Positions 11,091 through 37,513 of a DNA stretch of 64,000 bases are shown here, in pieces. The first letter of the stretch is position 1, and every line of letters begins with the position of its first letter. A program made the translations under genes and the position numbers. This DNA is from Diadema antillarum (lineage: Eukaryota), in the NCBI RefSeq assembly GCF_040938485.1, contig NW_027270903.1:558001-622000 (forward strand). Direction: 5' to 3'. The notes beneath the pieces are model-generated. The model made no database searches. It was not told where the DNA came from and saw nothing but the letters and a program-made list of their open reading frames with translations.

Positions 11091-12351
11091 GTTATTGTAT
11101 CATTGTCATTATGAGGAGTATGATGATTGCAATGAATAGATACACGTAGTCATGATTAGTATTTGTATTAACATGATCACAGTTACTATTATCTACATTA
11201 TTGTTATCATCACCTCTGCATTTTCATTTATCTATTTTTCGCTGGTGTGTGTGTGTGTGTGTGTTGAGAGCGTGTTTGTCTTTTTTTTGGCAAGAAAAAG
11301 GGATGTACTACATATGTACTGTAGATGTTCTTTTTTGACATTCTTGCTGTCATGGTGCTGGTCAGTCAATGAACTCTGGTAGTAAATTGACTTTTCACTG
11401 GGGCATGTAATAATTGGCACCTGAGGTGTACACTGTAGATGAATTGTGAGTTATGTAGGCCTACATGGATCTAAGGCGTAGGTACTGGGTAGAAGCCTTT
11501 TGTATTTGTGTAGAGACTCTATAGAGAGCCAAAGCTTGATATTCTTATTGTAAGTGCTGACTCTTCCATTGTTCCTTGGGAAGTAAACGATGAAATTAAT
11601 TGATCTTGTAGGCATGGCAACTGTTGTGCAATACTGCTGGATGCACAAAGAGCCAGGGCATTGTTATGACTGATATGAATTCTGATTTGTTGATGATTTG
11701 ATGATGTTAGTCTTTAATCAAGGCTGCTGATGAGAGTGAAGCATCCACCCAATCACTCCAATATCTACACTGCCAACATGATCTCACTGGTATGTTGGTG
11801 CCATAAGTAGCAAAGTATCTCTTTACTTCATCTTTACCTGTCATTACTAATAACCATGCTTAGATACGCACATTATTCAAAATAATGATGTTGATATGCC
11901 AGTGTAACCGACACACATGCTAACTTTGTTGCATACTTCTTTCATCAACATGATCTATGCCAGGCAACCTCTATATCAGCACCAGGGGTCTGTTTCATGA
12001 AGTCATCACATAAGAGTCTTTACATAAATCTCAGAAAGGCCAAAGGTGCTCATATGTAGCTATGAAAGACTTTCAAAGAGAGGTAAATTCCACTTCATTA
12101 TGTCTCTCATAAGTGTGTCTTATGACCGAAAAATCTCTCAAAAGATTGTCATGATATGGACTCTGAAGCTTTGAATGACTCAGTTGAAGGTGGTGTCTAC
12201 AATAATGATAGCTTTCCAGCTGAAGAAAATGACGAAACGAACTTGAAAGACAGCTTAACACCCGCAATCGAATCAATGAAATGGGTTAAATCACTAAACT
12301 AGTCTGTAGTTACATAGAATTCTGCAATTTCCCATTTAAATGTATTGTCCA

Positions 12352-12430
12352 ACTTTCCTCTTTCTCTGATGTGTTCTACTAATATTGCTGCATTCACTCA
12401 ATCCACGTGAGGTGAACAATATTGTCCTTT
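12352..12430. mobile_element. Right-terminal fragment of the Kolobok-like MITE
   Basis: ctgatgtgttctactaatattgctgcattcactcaatccac...gaggtgaac...ttgtccttt matches about 10140-10207. Confidence 0.65.
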
Positions 12431-12671
12431 GAGTACTCTTTGCATATTTGATGAGAACATTGTTATTGATTTGTCAAAATGAATTGATTTGTACAAATAG
12501 AGAAATAGATATGAACTCACTGAAACTAGAACTGTAGCTTGCTCAAGGCTTGTCCAGAGTGGCAATGACTGACTCATACAAATGAAACTGAATTCTAAGT
12601 GTGAAAATGGGTCTAATAATTTGCATATATTTAATAGTAAAAATGGCTTGTTCTTGTTAGGGCAGTGGTAA

Positions 12672-13420
12672 TGTCGGGGGATGGGGGCTGTTATGTGCCC
12701 TAGGGGGGTGAGTTGGTTTAGATACCCGAGAGTACTCAAATAAATGAGCGTACCAGTTGACCTGCAGTAATATGCACGTTTATTACCGAAGTAATAAAAC
12801 AAACAAGAAACCCCAAGGTCAAACGTCACTTGTCTTCTGAACAGGTCACAACAGCTATCAGCCTCGTGCGATAAGCTGTCTCCTCACTGCTGATACACAG
12901 CGGAAGTTATCAGCAGATTTCCTCCACGTGACCTGTGATTGCCTCTCCCCTTCTCTGCAGAGCAAGGTGCAATCCCCCAGACCACCGGAACTGTTTGGCT
13001 CAACACTTTCTGTGACTGATCACTCACCAAAATATCACTCCTCCTTCCAGTAAAAATCATATTCCTGGTTATTATTTTCATATTCTGAATAACCTTAACT
13101 ATAATTTACAAAGCACATGCTCATTCTTTTCTCTCCCATAGCATATCTAACCCTCAACATTAATCAACAAACAGAACTATATTTTGTAACACGTGCAAGT
13201 ACACATGCCCCAAAGTGGTGAAGTGAAACTAGCTGGGGAATTAGTAGCATGGGATGGCATTCCCATGGCAACTGTATGCTGCCACTGGCCAGTTCTTATA
13301 TCTCTCCAAAAACTACAGAGTGTTTGCTTCCCTGTGTGGCACTCTGTATTAAACCCTACAGGCACACCAAACCTGTGCAATATAATACACTTTCTCATCA
13401 CAAAATTCTGTCCTCTGACA
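12672..13420 (-). repeat. 3' LTR
   Basis: 749 bp, TGT...ACA. Minus-strand AATAAA at 12779-12784. Confidence 0.97.
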
Positions 13421-13433
13421 TCTTCCCCGCTTG
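13421..13433 (-). other. Polypurine tract (PPT)
   Basis: Minus strand CAAGCGGGGAAGA directly abuts the 3' LTR. Confidence 0.85.
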
Positions 13434-14433
13434 GGGAACATTCGTCTCGATTGTTCCATAACATTCATTCTGGTAAGAATAGAAAGCATACAAACACCTT
13501 TAAACTATTCTCCCATATACTGGTAAGTCACTGAATTATCCATACCAACATTGGAACGGCACCTTTGGAATCCAAATGAAATTCCACCACTGCCTACACA
13601 AAACCACCTCCATGACAGTTAGTGCACAGCTTATAAAAGTACACTAATGTGCAGGATAAACAAACTGTACACATGCAAATCCTGTGTGCATTTATAATCC
13701 AAAAGTCAGGTTATTGAGACCTGCAACCACAAACAAGCCTATCATGGTACATCCATCTGCTCCTTATATCCAAACTATCAAACCACATAGATATCAGTGT
13801 ATCGACATCTATGCATGTGGTAATTATATATACCTTGAATTAAGATACACAATGTGAAGCACTTCAAATCTTCATGTATACAAGGAATAACTTCCATAGA
13901 ATACCTGTAATAACATGTATACACAACTGGTATACCTGAAATTCTTCATGTATACAACCTGTACACATTCAACCTGTGATAATCAGTACACCACTACTGT
14001 TATAAAAAAAGGCCTCACGTATACCTTATCCTGTATACATTCAATCTAGGACAATTTGCATACAACCACTTGTATGTAAAAAGGGTTCTAAGTCCTGTAT
14101 GATGCACAAACGTACAAATACTTCATGCAAACATAACAATGAGCCATTCATCGTCTATATGACCTGAGAATGAGCTGAAAATGAGATGATGTATCTCAAC
14201 TCCTAAAACTCATACCTCGGAGATAAATCACTATCAACTCCACTGATACCATGTATCCTGACTCTATGTACAAAATGAGGGAAGTGCATCCCACTTCACG
14301 ACATGGAAGCAACAGAACATATTCCTCCCTGAAATTTATCACTTTTACCATTTGAAGTGCAAAATACACTTACTTCTCAGGGTTTGCTACAAGTATTTCT
14401 TCCCCGCTTGTTACATGGAACAAGCTTCAATAC

Positions 14434-17400
14434 TCAGTGAGACGGCCTACTGATCGATGACCTCGGCCAATGCTCTGGGTTATGGTGCACTCCCTTCGTC
14501 GATCTACTTGATCGTCTTGGTACCGGCCTCTCTTCAACCATTCCCGACGGTTCTTCATTATCAGGCAGACCATTGTATCTCCATTCCAAATTCCAATGAT
14601 CATCGTCATCCCCACTGCAGTCATCTTCAGTGTCACTGGAGTCATTGTGCTCGTGAATGCTGCGATGATTGTCATGGCCGTGCTCCTCACCATTTCCATC
14701 TGCACCATCGTTACTCGGCAAGGCTTCTGGTAACACATTACACAATAGATTCTCTTCTGCACGGGGATCCTGCACAAGTTGTCGACGATTAACCCACTTA
14801 GCTTCTCCTCCCATGGCGGGCCGTACTTTGTACACGTCATTCTCCTCATTCTTATCAACGACTATATGAGACATTTCAAAGAACTTGTCTTGTAACTTGT
14901 GCCTCCCAGTGAAAGCATTTCTCTTTCTGAGCACTCGATCTCCAATCTCCAATGGAGCAGCAGAAGTATGTTGGTTGTGCCTTCTTTCTTCCTTCTCAGC
15001 TGCCTCTCTGAGTCGATCTGACACAATGCGGTGAGCTTTCTGTATGAGCTTTTCTTGCGTCGCAACATGATCCTCATTCCAGTTACTCATCGAGCGATTC
15101 AACATGTGATCGATAGGCAACGATGGCTTCCTGCCAAACATCAGGAAATATGGCGTCTCTCTAGTCACCTTGTGTGGTGTTGAATTGTACACGAAGAGTA
15201 TGTGCTGCATAAGTTCGGGCCATTTCCTGCGTTCTTTGGGATCTAGCGACCTGATCAGTGCACACAAAGTCTTGTTCAATCTCTCACACTGGCCATTTCC
15301 AGCCGGATGATAAGCTGTAGTGTGGGACTTTGCGATTCCATAGAGCTTGCACAGTTCTCTAATGACATCACCCTCAAATGACCTGCCCTGATCGGAGTGA
15401 ATCCTGGCTGGTACCCCATAATGTGCGATCCACTGGTCCCTCAACACCCGGGCCACCGTCAAAGCTGACTGATCACGACATGGCACAGCTTGCGCATATT
15501 TACTGAATACATCTGTGAATACAAGCACATCTTCGAACCCTCCTTTCCCTCGATCTAACTTCAAAAAGTCTATGGCCAGTATCTCTTGAGGGCGGAAAGC
15601 TAGCAGGTGACGTAGAGGAGGTCGCACTGTAGGTGTAGGAGTCTTGGATGAAACACATCTGAAACATCTCCTGATGTACTCCCTAGTGTACTGACTTATG
15701 CCAGGCCAGTAGCATCTCTCTCTCAGCAAACGGAGGGTGCGGTCAACCCCTTGATGGCCCCATTTATCGTGTGTCATTTCCAGCATAGTCTCTCGTAGTG
15801 CTTCTGGAATGAGTAGCTGCTGAATGGGTCCAGAAATGGGGTCATTTACTTCCCTGTATAGTACACCTCTGTACTCCTTGTAGTTGGCCCACTCCCTCAG
15901 CCATCCCTGACTCTGTTGGCTCTCCTGAATATCCAACTCCTCTCCTGGCCTCCACTTTCTCTCCCACAACCGCCACACTACTCCGAGCGCCTCATCATCC
16001 TTTTGCATCGCTGCCAGCTGGTCATGATTGTATGAAGGCAGTACACCTAATCTTGGCTGATCATCTATCTCCCCTCGACATACTTGCACGGCCGTCGGGC
16101 ACTGCGACTGCAACTCATCTCTGGGTAGTGCTGAGGAGCTGGTTGCCTCATCCACCATCGTAGCTACCATTTCGCTTGTCATGTCATCTGGTCGCCTGCT
16201 GAGGGCATCCGCGCACCTGTTACTCTTGCCTGTCCTGTACTTAATGTCAATGTCAAAAGGTGCTAGCTGAGCAGCCCACCTGAGCTCTGTAGCTCCCAAC
16301 TTGGCTGTGGATAAATGAGCTAAGGGGTTGTTATCTGTCAGGACTTCACAATGGGCACCCATGAGATACGGTCCAAACTTCTCCGTTACAGCCCATTTCA
16401 GGGCTAACAGCTCAATCTTGAAGCTGCTTATGTCAGTGTAGTTCTTCTCTGAGCCACGAAGACATCTGCTAGCGTAAGCTATAGGGTGAAGTTGTCCATC
16501 ATCCCCCCTCTGAAGCAGACAGGCTCCTAACCCTCGCATGGAAGCGTCCACTTCAAGTACAAAGTCCTGGTCAAACTTGGGATAGGCCAGTACGGGTGAC
16601 TCGGTCAGCAATGACTTCAACTGAACAAAAGCATCCTCTTGTTCCTTGCCCCAATGAAATGCTGCTTTGTTTCCTTTCCCCTTCAGGGCAACTTGATGCA
16701 AGGGACCAGCGATCTGTGAGAAACCTCGAATAAAGCGCCGATAGTATGAAGCCAATCCGAGGAACGAGCTGACTTCTCTCCCATTCTGTGGTCGTGGCCA
16801 GGTCTTGACCTTTTCTACTTTCCCAGGGTCCACCTGTACTCCGTTACTGGAAACCACATGTCCCAAGTACTCCACTTGTTGACGGAAGAATTGACATTTC
16901 TTCCCCTTCACTTTCAGTCCATTTGCCGCCAGCCTAGATAAGACTACATCCAACCTCTGAATATGCTCCTCAACCGTGGGGGAAAATACAAGAATGTCAT
17001 CCAAGTACAGAATGAGCTGACTCAAATTCAAATCACCCAGGATATATTCCATCGTCCGCTGAAATGTGCTGGGACTGTTTGTCAGTCCTTGTGGCATACG
17101 AGTGAACTCGTATAGCCCCCAGGGAACTCGAAACGCCGTCTTATCCACGGATGCTGGGTCCATCACCACCTGAAAATATCCGTGCGCAAGATCCATTGTT
17201 GAGAAGTATCTCGCCTCTCTCAGTGCCTCCAAAGTCTCCTCAATACGGGGCAAGGGAAACGAATCTTTCACTGTACGCTCATTGACTTTCCTGTAATCTA
17301 TGCACAGTCTAACTGACCCATCTTTCTTCTTAACGAGTACAACAGGACTTGCATAGGGACTCTTGGATGGACGAATAATTCCTTGCTCGAGCATCTCTTG

Positions 17401-19512
17401 GAGCATCTTCTTGACTTCAGACATCAGAGCGGGAGGTATGCGTCTGTATGGGAGTCTGATTGCAGGCCCATCCCTCATCTGAATCTCATGTGGGACGACA
17501 TTACACTCTCCCAGATCAAATGTTCCAGCTGAAAACACTGCAGCATGTTTGTCAAGCAGCTTGGCAACTTTCGCCTCTGTCTCCTTTGACAGCCCTTCTA
17601 ACTTCACGCCTGGGGGTAGCTCTGCAACCTCAACTGCTATTTTGGTAGCATCCTCACGTTTTGCAGCACCACAGTTGGCATCCTCCTGCACCACTTCGCA
17701 AAGTGACACCACAATTTTTTCGTCTTGCACTCCTAGCACGACTTCTGGCTTCATCGTTCCTACTGATGCCTCAGCTACTGTAGTGTTTCGCGTGAGCTGA
17801 ACTTCTTCACCAGTTTCATTCGCCAGCAGTACATCAAGAGGGGAGCCAGACTCTAGGCGATGTAGTCCCTCATAAGCTTTCACCTCTGCTTTGACCATAC
17901 TTGATGTAGGATGCACCACAACATCACTTGGAAGCATGCTCCGATCCTCTGCACTCCAGTTGCAGATAACGCGCCTTACTGTGAAGGGAGGAAGAACTTC
18001 ATCACTCACCGGATGAATCTTAATGGAGCTCACATGAACGTCAGGACCCTTTGCCTCTCTTACAGGACCACCAACTGCCGTCTTCATCTCACCGAAGATG
18101 GATGGGTCGGTGATGTGTCTCAGGATGTTGCAGCCCAGCAGGATTGGGTACTTGGTATGCTTCACTGCACACGCCTGGTCTGCAACTACCAGAAAGCTTC
18201 CAGTTAGCTCTCGTCCTTTGATCTCCACAGGTACCTCCACGTATCCCTGGACTGGTATCTCGATACCTCCGACTCCTACGACATTCAAAAAGAGCCCTGC
18301 CGTATCCTGCAGCTCTCCGAGCTTACTCTTCAACTCCTCATGATAGAGCGAAGCAGGAATAATGGATGCTTCGGCACCTGTATCGACGACACATCCCACT
18401 TGCACACCTCCAATTGCTATCATACAGCATGGACTTCTGGCAACTAAACGATCCACCAAATCAGGTTGAAATGAAGTTTCACCAGCCACTACACTCCCTC
18501 GGTTAGCTCCTGGGTGCACTGGTGTATCAGGTGCACTGGTAGATGCTTCTGGCGCGGAGCTTGCTTCCTGCTTCTTCGTTGGGCAGTCCTTACTTGCATG
18601 CCCCTCCTTCATACAGTTGAAACACACAATATCCTTCGTACATTCCTGCTTTGTGTGGCCTTTCTGCAAGCAGTTATAACATTTCAACTTGTCTCTCCCT
18701 CTCTTGGGCTGCACTCTGGGAGGATTGGTCTGTGCTTGCACGAGTGCTTGCACACTTTTTGCGAGTTGAGCCACATCCTTCTTCAGCTCGGACAGCTCGC
18801 CCTGCAAGTCGGGTCCATTTTTTCCATGGTGTTGTGTGGTGGGACTAATATCCACTCGCTCCGTGAAAATCTCATGAACTCGGGGCTTCCTGACTGGCTC
18901 CTGATCCCGAAAGAAGCTCAGCACCTCTTCACGCATTTCAAGAAATGTCTTCTCTTTCGCAGCCATCTCAATCCTTCTGAGTTCACGCTGGACCCACTTT
19001 TCTTTCGCTCCTCTGACGAACCTCTCTTTTAGTGAACCATCTTTCAAGCGTTCCAATGCTTTCCGGTCATCCTCTGCTGGTGCCGCCTTCACCATCCGGT
19101 CGTACATCCGCATAAGCACACGGCTGTAGTCCGCAAGTGTTTCACCTTCCAGCTGATCTCGGTTGTGAAAAGTTTGGCTGAGAGAAGGGACAGACTCCAC
19201 CGGCGCGAAGAGAGACTTTAAGACGTCAATTATTTTGTCGCTGTCTTTCCGCACATCATCACTCCTGCACAAGACCTCTTCTTTAGCCACTCCAGCTAAA
19301 TTATCCAACAGCGCTTGGGCCTTGGCTTCTCCTGTAAGATTATAGTGTCTAGCATAACTAGAAAACTCATCCAGCCACTCTTGGAGTGATAACTCTCCTC
19401 GTGAAGGGCCTCGAAACTTGCTGATCTTCACTGGTGGTGGAGCGCGTTGCACATTCAATCCCTGTAACGCATCGGTGAGCGCTGCAATCATCTGAGTTAC
19501 GGATTCTGCCAT
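14434..19512 (-). CDS. gag-pol: Gag-Pol polyprotein, 1692 aa, uninterrupted
   Basis: PNMA-like capsid region (LQEWLDEF), two CCHC knuckles (CYNCLQKGHTKQEC, CFNCMKEGHASKDC), protease VVDTG (18376-18384), RT YLDD (16996-17007), RNase H (VDAS, ELLALKWAV, TDN), integrase H2C2 and D-D-35-E core (AIDF, HSDQG, CERLN), and an acidic C-terminal tail. Confidence 0.98.
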   Translation of the reverse strand: MAESVTQMIAALTDALQGLNVQRAPPPVKISKFRGPSRGELSLQEWLDEFSSYARHYNLTGEAKAQALLDNLAGVAKEEVLCRSDDVRKDSDKIIDVLKSLFAPVESVPSLSQTFHNRDQLEGETLADYSRVLMRMYDRMVKAAPAEDDRKALERLKDGSLKERFVRGAKEKWVQRELRRIEMAAKEKTFLEMREEVLSFFRDQEPVRKPRVHEIFTERVDISPTTQHHGKNGPDLQGELSELKKDVAQLAKSVQALVQAQTNPPRVQPKRGRDKLKCYNCLQKGHTKQECTKDIVCFNCMKEGHASKDCPTKKQEASSAPEASTSAPDTPVHPGANRGSVVAGETSFQPDLVDRLVARSPCCMIAIGGVQVGCVVDTGAEASIIPASLYHEELKSKLGELQDTAGLFLNVVGVGGIEIPVQGYVEVPVEIKGRELTGSFLVVADQACAVKHTKYPILLGCNILRHITDPSIFGEMKTAVGGPVREAKGPDVHVSSIKIHPVSDEVLPPFTVRRVICNWSAEDRSMLPSDVVVHPTSSMVKAEVKAYEGLHRLESGSPLDVLLANETGEEVQLTRNTTVAEASVGTMKPEVVLGVQDEKIVVSLCEVVQEDANCGAAKREDATKIAVEVAELPPGVKLEGLSKETEAKVAKLLDKHAAVFSAGTFDLGECNVVPHEIQMRDGPAIRLPYRRIPPALMSEVKKMLQEMLEQGIIRPSKSPYASPVVLVKKKDGSVRLCIDYRKVNERTVKDSFPLPRIEETLEALREARYFSTMDLAHGYFQVVMDPASVDKTAFRVPWGLYEFTRMPQGLTNSPSTFQRTMEYILGDLNLSQLILYLDDILVFSPTVEEHIQRLDVVLSRLAANGLKVKGKKCQFFRQQVEYLGHVVSSNGVQVDPGKVEKVKTWPRPQNGREVSSFLGLASYYRRFIRGFSQIAGPLHQVALKGKGNKAAFHWGKEQEDAFVQLKSLLTESPVLAYPKFDQDFVLEVDASMRGLGACLLQRGDDGQLHPIAYASRCLRGSEKNYTDISSFKIELLALKWAVTEKFGPYLMGAHCEVLTDNNPLAHLSTAKLGATELRWAAQLAPFDIDIKYRTGKSNRCADALSRRPDDMTSEMVATMVDEATSSSALPRDELQSQCPTAVQVCRGEIDDQPRLGVLPSYNHDQLAAMQKDDEALGVVWRLWERKWRPGEELDIQESQQSQGWLREWANYKEYRGVLYREVNDPISGPIQQLLIPEALRETMLEMTHDKWGHQGVDRTLRLLRERCYWPGISQYTREYIRRCFRCVSSKTPTPTVRPPLRHLLAFRPQEILAIDFLKLDRGKGGFEDVLVFTDVFSKYAQAVPCRDQSALTVARVLRDQWIAHYGVPARIHSDQGRSFEGDVIRELCKLYGIAKSHTTAYHPAGNGQCERLNKTLCALIRSLDPKERRKWPELMQHILFVYNSTPHKVTRETPYFLMFGRKPSLPIDHMLNRSMSNWNEDHVATQEKLIQKAHRIVSDRLREAAEKEERRHNQHTSAAPLEIGDRVLRKRNAFTGRHKLQDKFFEMSHIVVDKNEENDVYKVRPAMGGEAKWVNRRQLVQDPRAEENLLCNVLPEALPSNDGADGNGEEHGHDNHRSIHEHNDSSDTEDDCSGDDDDHWNLEWRYNGLPDNEEPSGMVEERPVPRRSSRSTKGVHHNPEHWPRSSISRPSH

Positions 19513-19685
19513 TGCTGTAACAAAAGGCTCACAGTGGGAAAGAAAACAAATACAAACACCATAAAATCTCAGTACACGATTACTGACAATTACTTAACTA
19601 CGTAAGTAACTCTAAACCACTCTGACATCCAGCTTGGATGTCTACTCGGTTGAACCACATCCAGTTCTGATCAGTCTCTGTCTAT

Positions 19686-19895
19686 GATGCCACGCAGTCA
19701 GCATTCAATCCGCACCACCAACCAGCCTGGCTCTGTCTGGTGTTCGATGATCACGTCCTCGTGCGGATCAGTCAACGTCTCACGGTGACAATCTACGATG
19801 CCACGCAGTCAGCACTCCATCAGCACCGCCAACCAGCCTAGGTCTGTCTGGTGTTCGATGATCACGTCCTCGCCCTGATCAGTCGAACGTCTCAC
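19686..19895. repeat. 111-bp tandem duplication in the Gypsy 5' leader
   Basis: gatgccacgcagtcagca...gtctggtgttcgatgatcacgtcctcg...gatcagtc(g)aacgtctcac starts at 19686 and again at 19797. Confidence 0.85.
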
Positions 19896-20008
19896 CCAGA
19901 CTTGATGCTGTCTCGCCGTCAGTCATGCACGTGACACCTGGATCCAATCAGGCTGAGGTCTCGTCCTCCGCTACGACGATGGGGTTTCTATCACTGCTCC
20001 ACGTCAAA

Positions 20009-20027
20009 AATCCTGTCCGTGACGCCA
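20009..20027 (-). other. Primer binding site, tRNA-Ser type
   Basis: Minus strand TGGCGTCACGGACAGGATT begins 2 nt inside the 5' LTR boundary. It is complementary to a tRNA 3' end AATCCTGTCCGTGACG-CCA, which resembles animal tRNA-Ser(CGA) as recalled from memory. Confidence 0.75.
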
Positions 20028-20029
20028 CT

Positions 20030-20778
20030 TGTCGGGGGATGGGGGCTGTTATGTGCCCTAGGGGGGTGAGTTGGTTTAGATACCCGAGAGTACTCAAATA
20101 AATGAGCGTACCAGTTGACCTGCAGTAATATGCACGTTTATTACCGAAGTAATAAAACAAACAAGAAACCCCAAGGTCAAACGTCACTTGTCTTCTGAAC
20201 AGGTCACAACAGCTATCAGCCTCGTGCGATAAGCTGTCTCCTCACTGCTGATACACAGCGGAAGTTATCAGCAGATTTCCTCCACGTGACCTGTGATTGC
20301 CTCTCCCCTTCTCTGCAGAGCAAGGTGCAATCCCCCAGACCACCGGAACTGTTTGGCTCAACACTTTCTGTGACTGATCACTCACCAAAATATCACTCCT
20401 CCTTCCAGTAAAAATCATATTCCTGGTTATTATTTTCATATTCTGAATAACCTTAACTATAATTTACAAAGTACATGCTCATTCTTTTCTCTCCCATAGC
20501 ATATCTAACCCTCAACATTAATCAACAAACAGAACTATATTTTGTAACACGTGCAAGTACACATGCCCCAAAGTGGTGAAGTGAAACTAGCTGGGGAATT
20601 AGTAGCATGGGATGGCATTCCCATGGCAACTGTATGCTGCCACTGGCCAGTTCTTATATCTCTCCAAAAACTACAGAGTGTTTGCTTCCCTGTGTGGCAC
20701 TCTGTATTAAACCCTACAGGCACACCAAACCTGTGCAATATAATACACTTTCTCATCACAAAATTCTGTCCTCTGACA
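20030..20778 (-). repeat. 5' LTR
   Basis: Identical to 12672-13420 except one C/T difference seen (13114 vs 20472). Confidence 0.97.
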
Positions 20779-22436
20779 GTAACAACTGGTACATGTGCTG
20801 TCTTTCAAGCAGGATTGTAGTCTTTGTCGTAGGCCAAGATAATGTAAAATCAAGGTGATTTTTACTGAAATGTATATCTCTTGTCCATGTTGATGATATT
20901 TTGTTTGTAAAATGATTGACTCGTTTGCCGTATGCCTATAGTGTCTTTACTATGAATTCTCTAAACAATGTGAAAATCATGTGAAATAGAGAGTGCATTG
21001 TACCTGTTTCATTTATTTGTTATATGTATGTATGTATGTCATCATGCTAAGTGTTAGAGGACCTCTGCAATAATGCATGTTGACTTTTGTTGATGTATTT
21101 AACCCTGATCATCACTTATATGACCGAAATGGTACCTAAATATGTGTCATATATCTTATGATTTTTGTATTGCTTTTCTTAAGATTGCTTGGATACGCCC
21201 ACAAATCGATGACATCAACTGTCAATCACTGCTTGACCACTTATTTGAATACTGACATTAGAATGCACTTCCTTCTAGACTAAGAGTAATTTGTATGTTT
21301 CCATAGCGCAAATAATGATTAACAAAAGGCACTGTATAGAAGCATGTAAGTTATGCTCAGTTCAGGGAAGGTGCGTTCCAATGGCTTTTTGTGAATCAAA
21401 TTATTAATTAATTTTGACAGATGATGTCATAGACAGAATCTTTATTTGAAAAGTTTATGCGTGGGCATATCCAGGTAATTTGAGAAAACACTAGCAGAAA
21501 AATTGTCATAAGTTATATGGGACATACAGCTGTTTCTCTTATGTACCATGCATTCTCTTCATTATATTAGTGATGATCAGAGTTCCATAAGTCAACACAA
21601 GGTAACATGTATTTTCATTGCCTGTCTTTTAAGTCATTTGGATGAAACAGCATGTGCAGTGAAAATGTGTTTTGTGTTGGAGAGTAAACATGCCAAGTGT
21701 TATTTCTGAAGTATGCACATGATAGGTAACATTGTGATCGGCAAGCACTTGCAACACTGAATGGTGAGTTTGCTTCTGCCGCATGTGCAGCAGCCACAGG
21801 CTACATAACAGTAATAGAAACAACCAGGAAATAAGAGCAAATGCAATCAAATATGTAGACAATTTCAATCATTTTAATGACAGTCAAATGACTCGGGTCT
21901 CACAATTCTTGCATTCTCAATTTTCACTGATTATGCCATAGACTTGCTCACCTGTAATATCTGCATTTATAATGTATATATTGAATTTTGTTGTTTAACA
22001 TGATTCTGTCCAGGTAAGATTAAGAATTAAAGCTAGGCCTTTTCCGCGCTGAAAGGTACATATCATGACTTTATCATGATGATCACAGATTATATAATCT
22101 CCCTCAAAGGGCACAATACTGTAAGGCATATAATTATTGTCTCTCTACAAAGTCAGATGGTAGAAAAAAAAGACAATAAATAAATAAGTGATGACAATCG
22201 TACACATCTTTGTTCATGATCTCTTACTGCCTTGCATTTTGTGACTTTCTCTGCGCAAGACTGAAAGATCAAACCCGAGAGAATCTGAAGCATTGTGATG
22301 ACATCATGGCACAATTCACCAAGCTACAATTGAAAGTCCCTGATTATTTTTTTTTCTTGTACATCATTTGATTGTGTTTTTCTGTTTGTTATTGCTCCGG
22401 TTTGGCATCTTCTTACAGTGTCTCTTAGCGTTTCAA

Positions 22437-37436
<15,000 letters not shown>

Positions 37437-37513
37437 CTGCATGTGTAGACAACAGACAGAGAAACGTTTGTGGTTAAAAGCTATATGAATGCACTGTGGT
37501 TTGTGAACAAGAC

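Larger units (their letters stand above)
12672..20778 (-). mobile_element. Full-length Ty3/Gypsy LTR retrotransposon (8107 bp)
   Basis: TG...CA-bounded 749-bp direct repeats at both ends, 4-bp TSD GTAA (12668-12671 and 20779-20782), PBS, PPT, and an intact gag-PR-RT-RH-IN ORF in Gypsy domain order. Confidence 0.98.

Noticed and set aside
12156-12302. Short plus-strand ORF MDSEALNDSVEGGVYNNDSF...WVKSLN*
   Set aside because: 48 aa, no convincing splice sites or partner exons, embedded among repeat fragments.
12398-13534. Duplicated small ORFs in the LTRs (12884-13081/20242-20439, 13193/20551, 13249/20607, 12398/19948)
   Set aside because: They recur only because the LTRs are duplicated; they cross LTR boundaries and have no coding signature.
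13434-14397. env-like gene in the Gypsy 3' region
   Set aside because: No ORF of 60 aa or more and no signal peptide or TM pattern on the element strand.
21629-21868. Signal-peptide-like ORF MKLSTYLIAFALISWLFLLLL
   Set aside because: TTG start, AT-rich low-information hydrophobicity, and probable location in the kinase 3' UTR or intergenic DNA.
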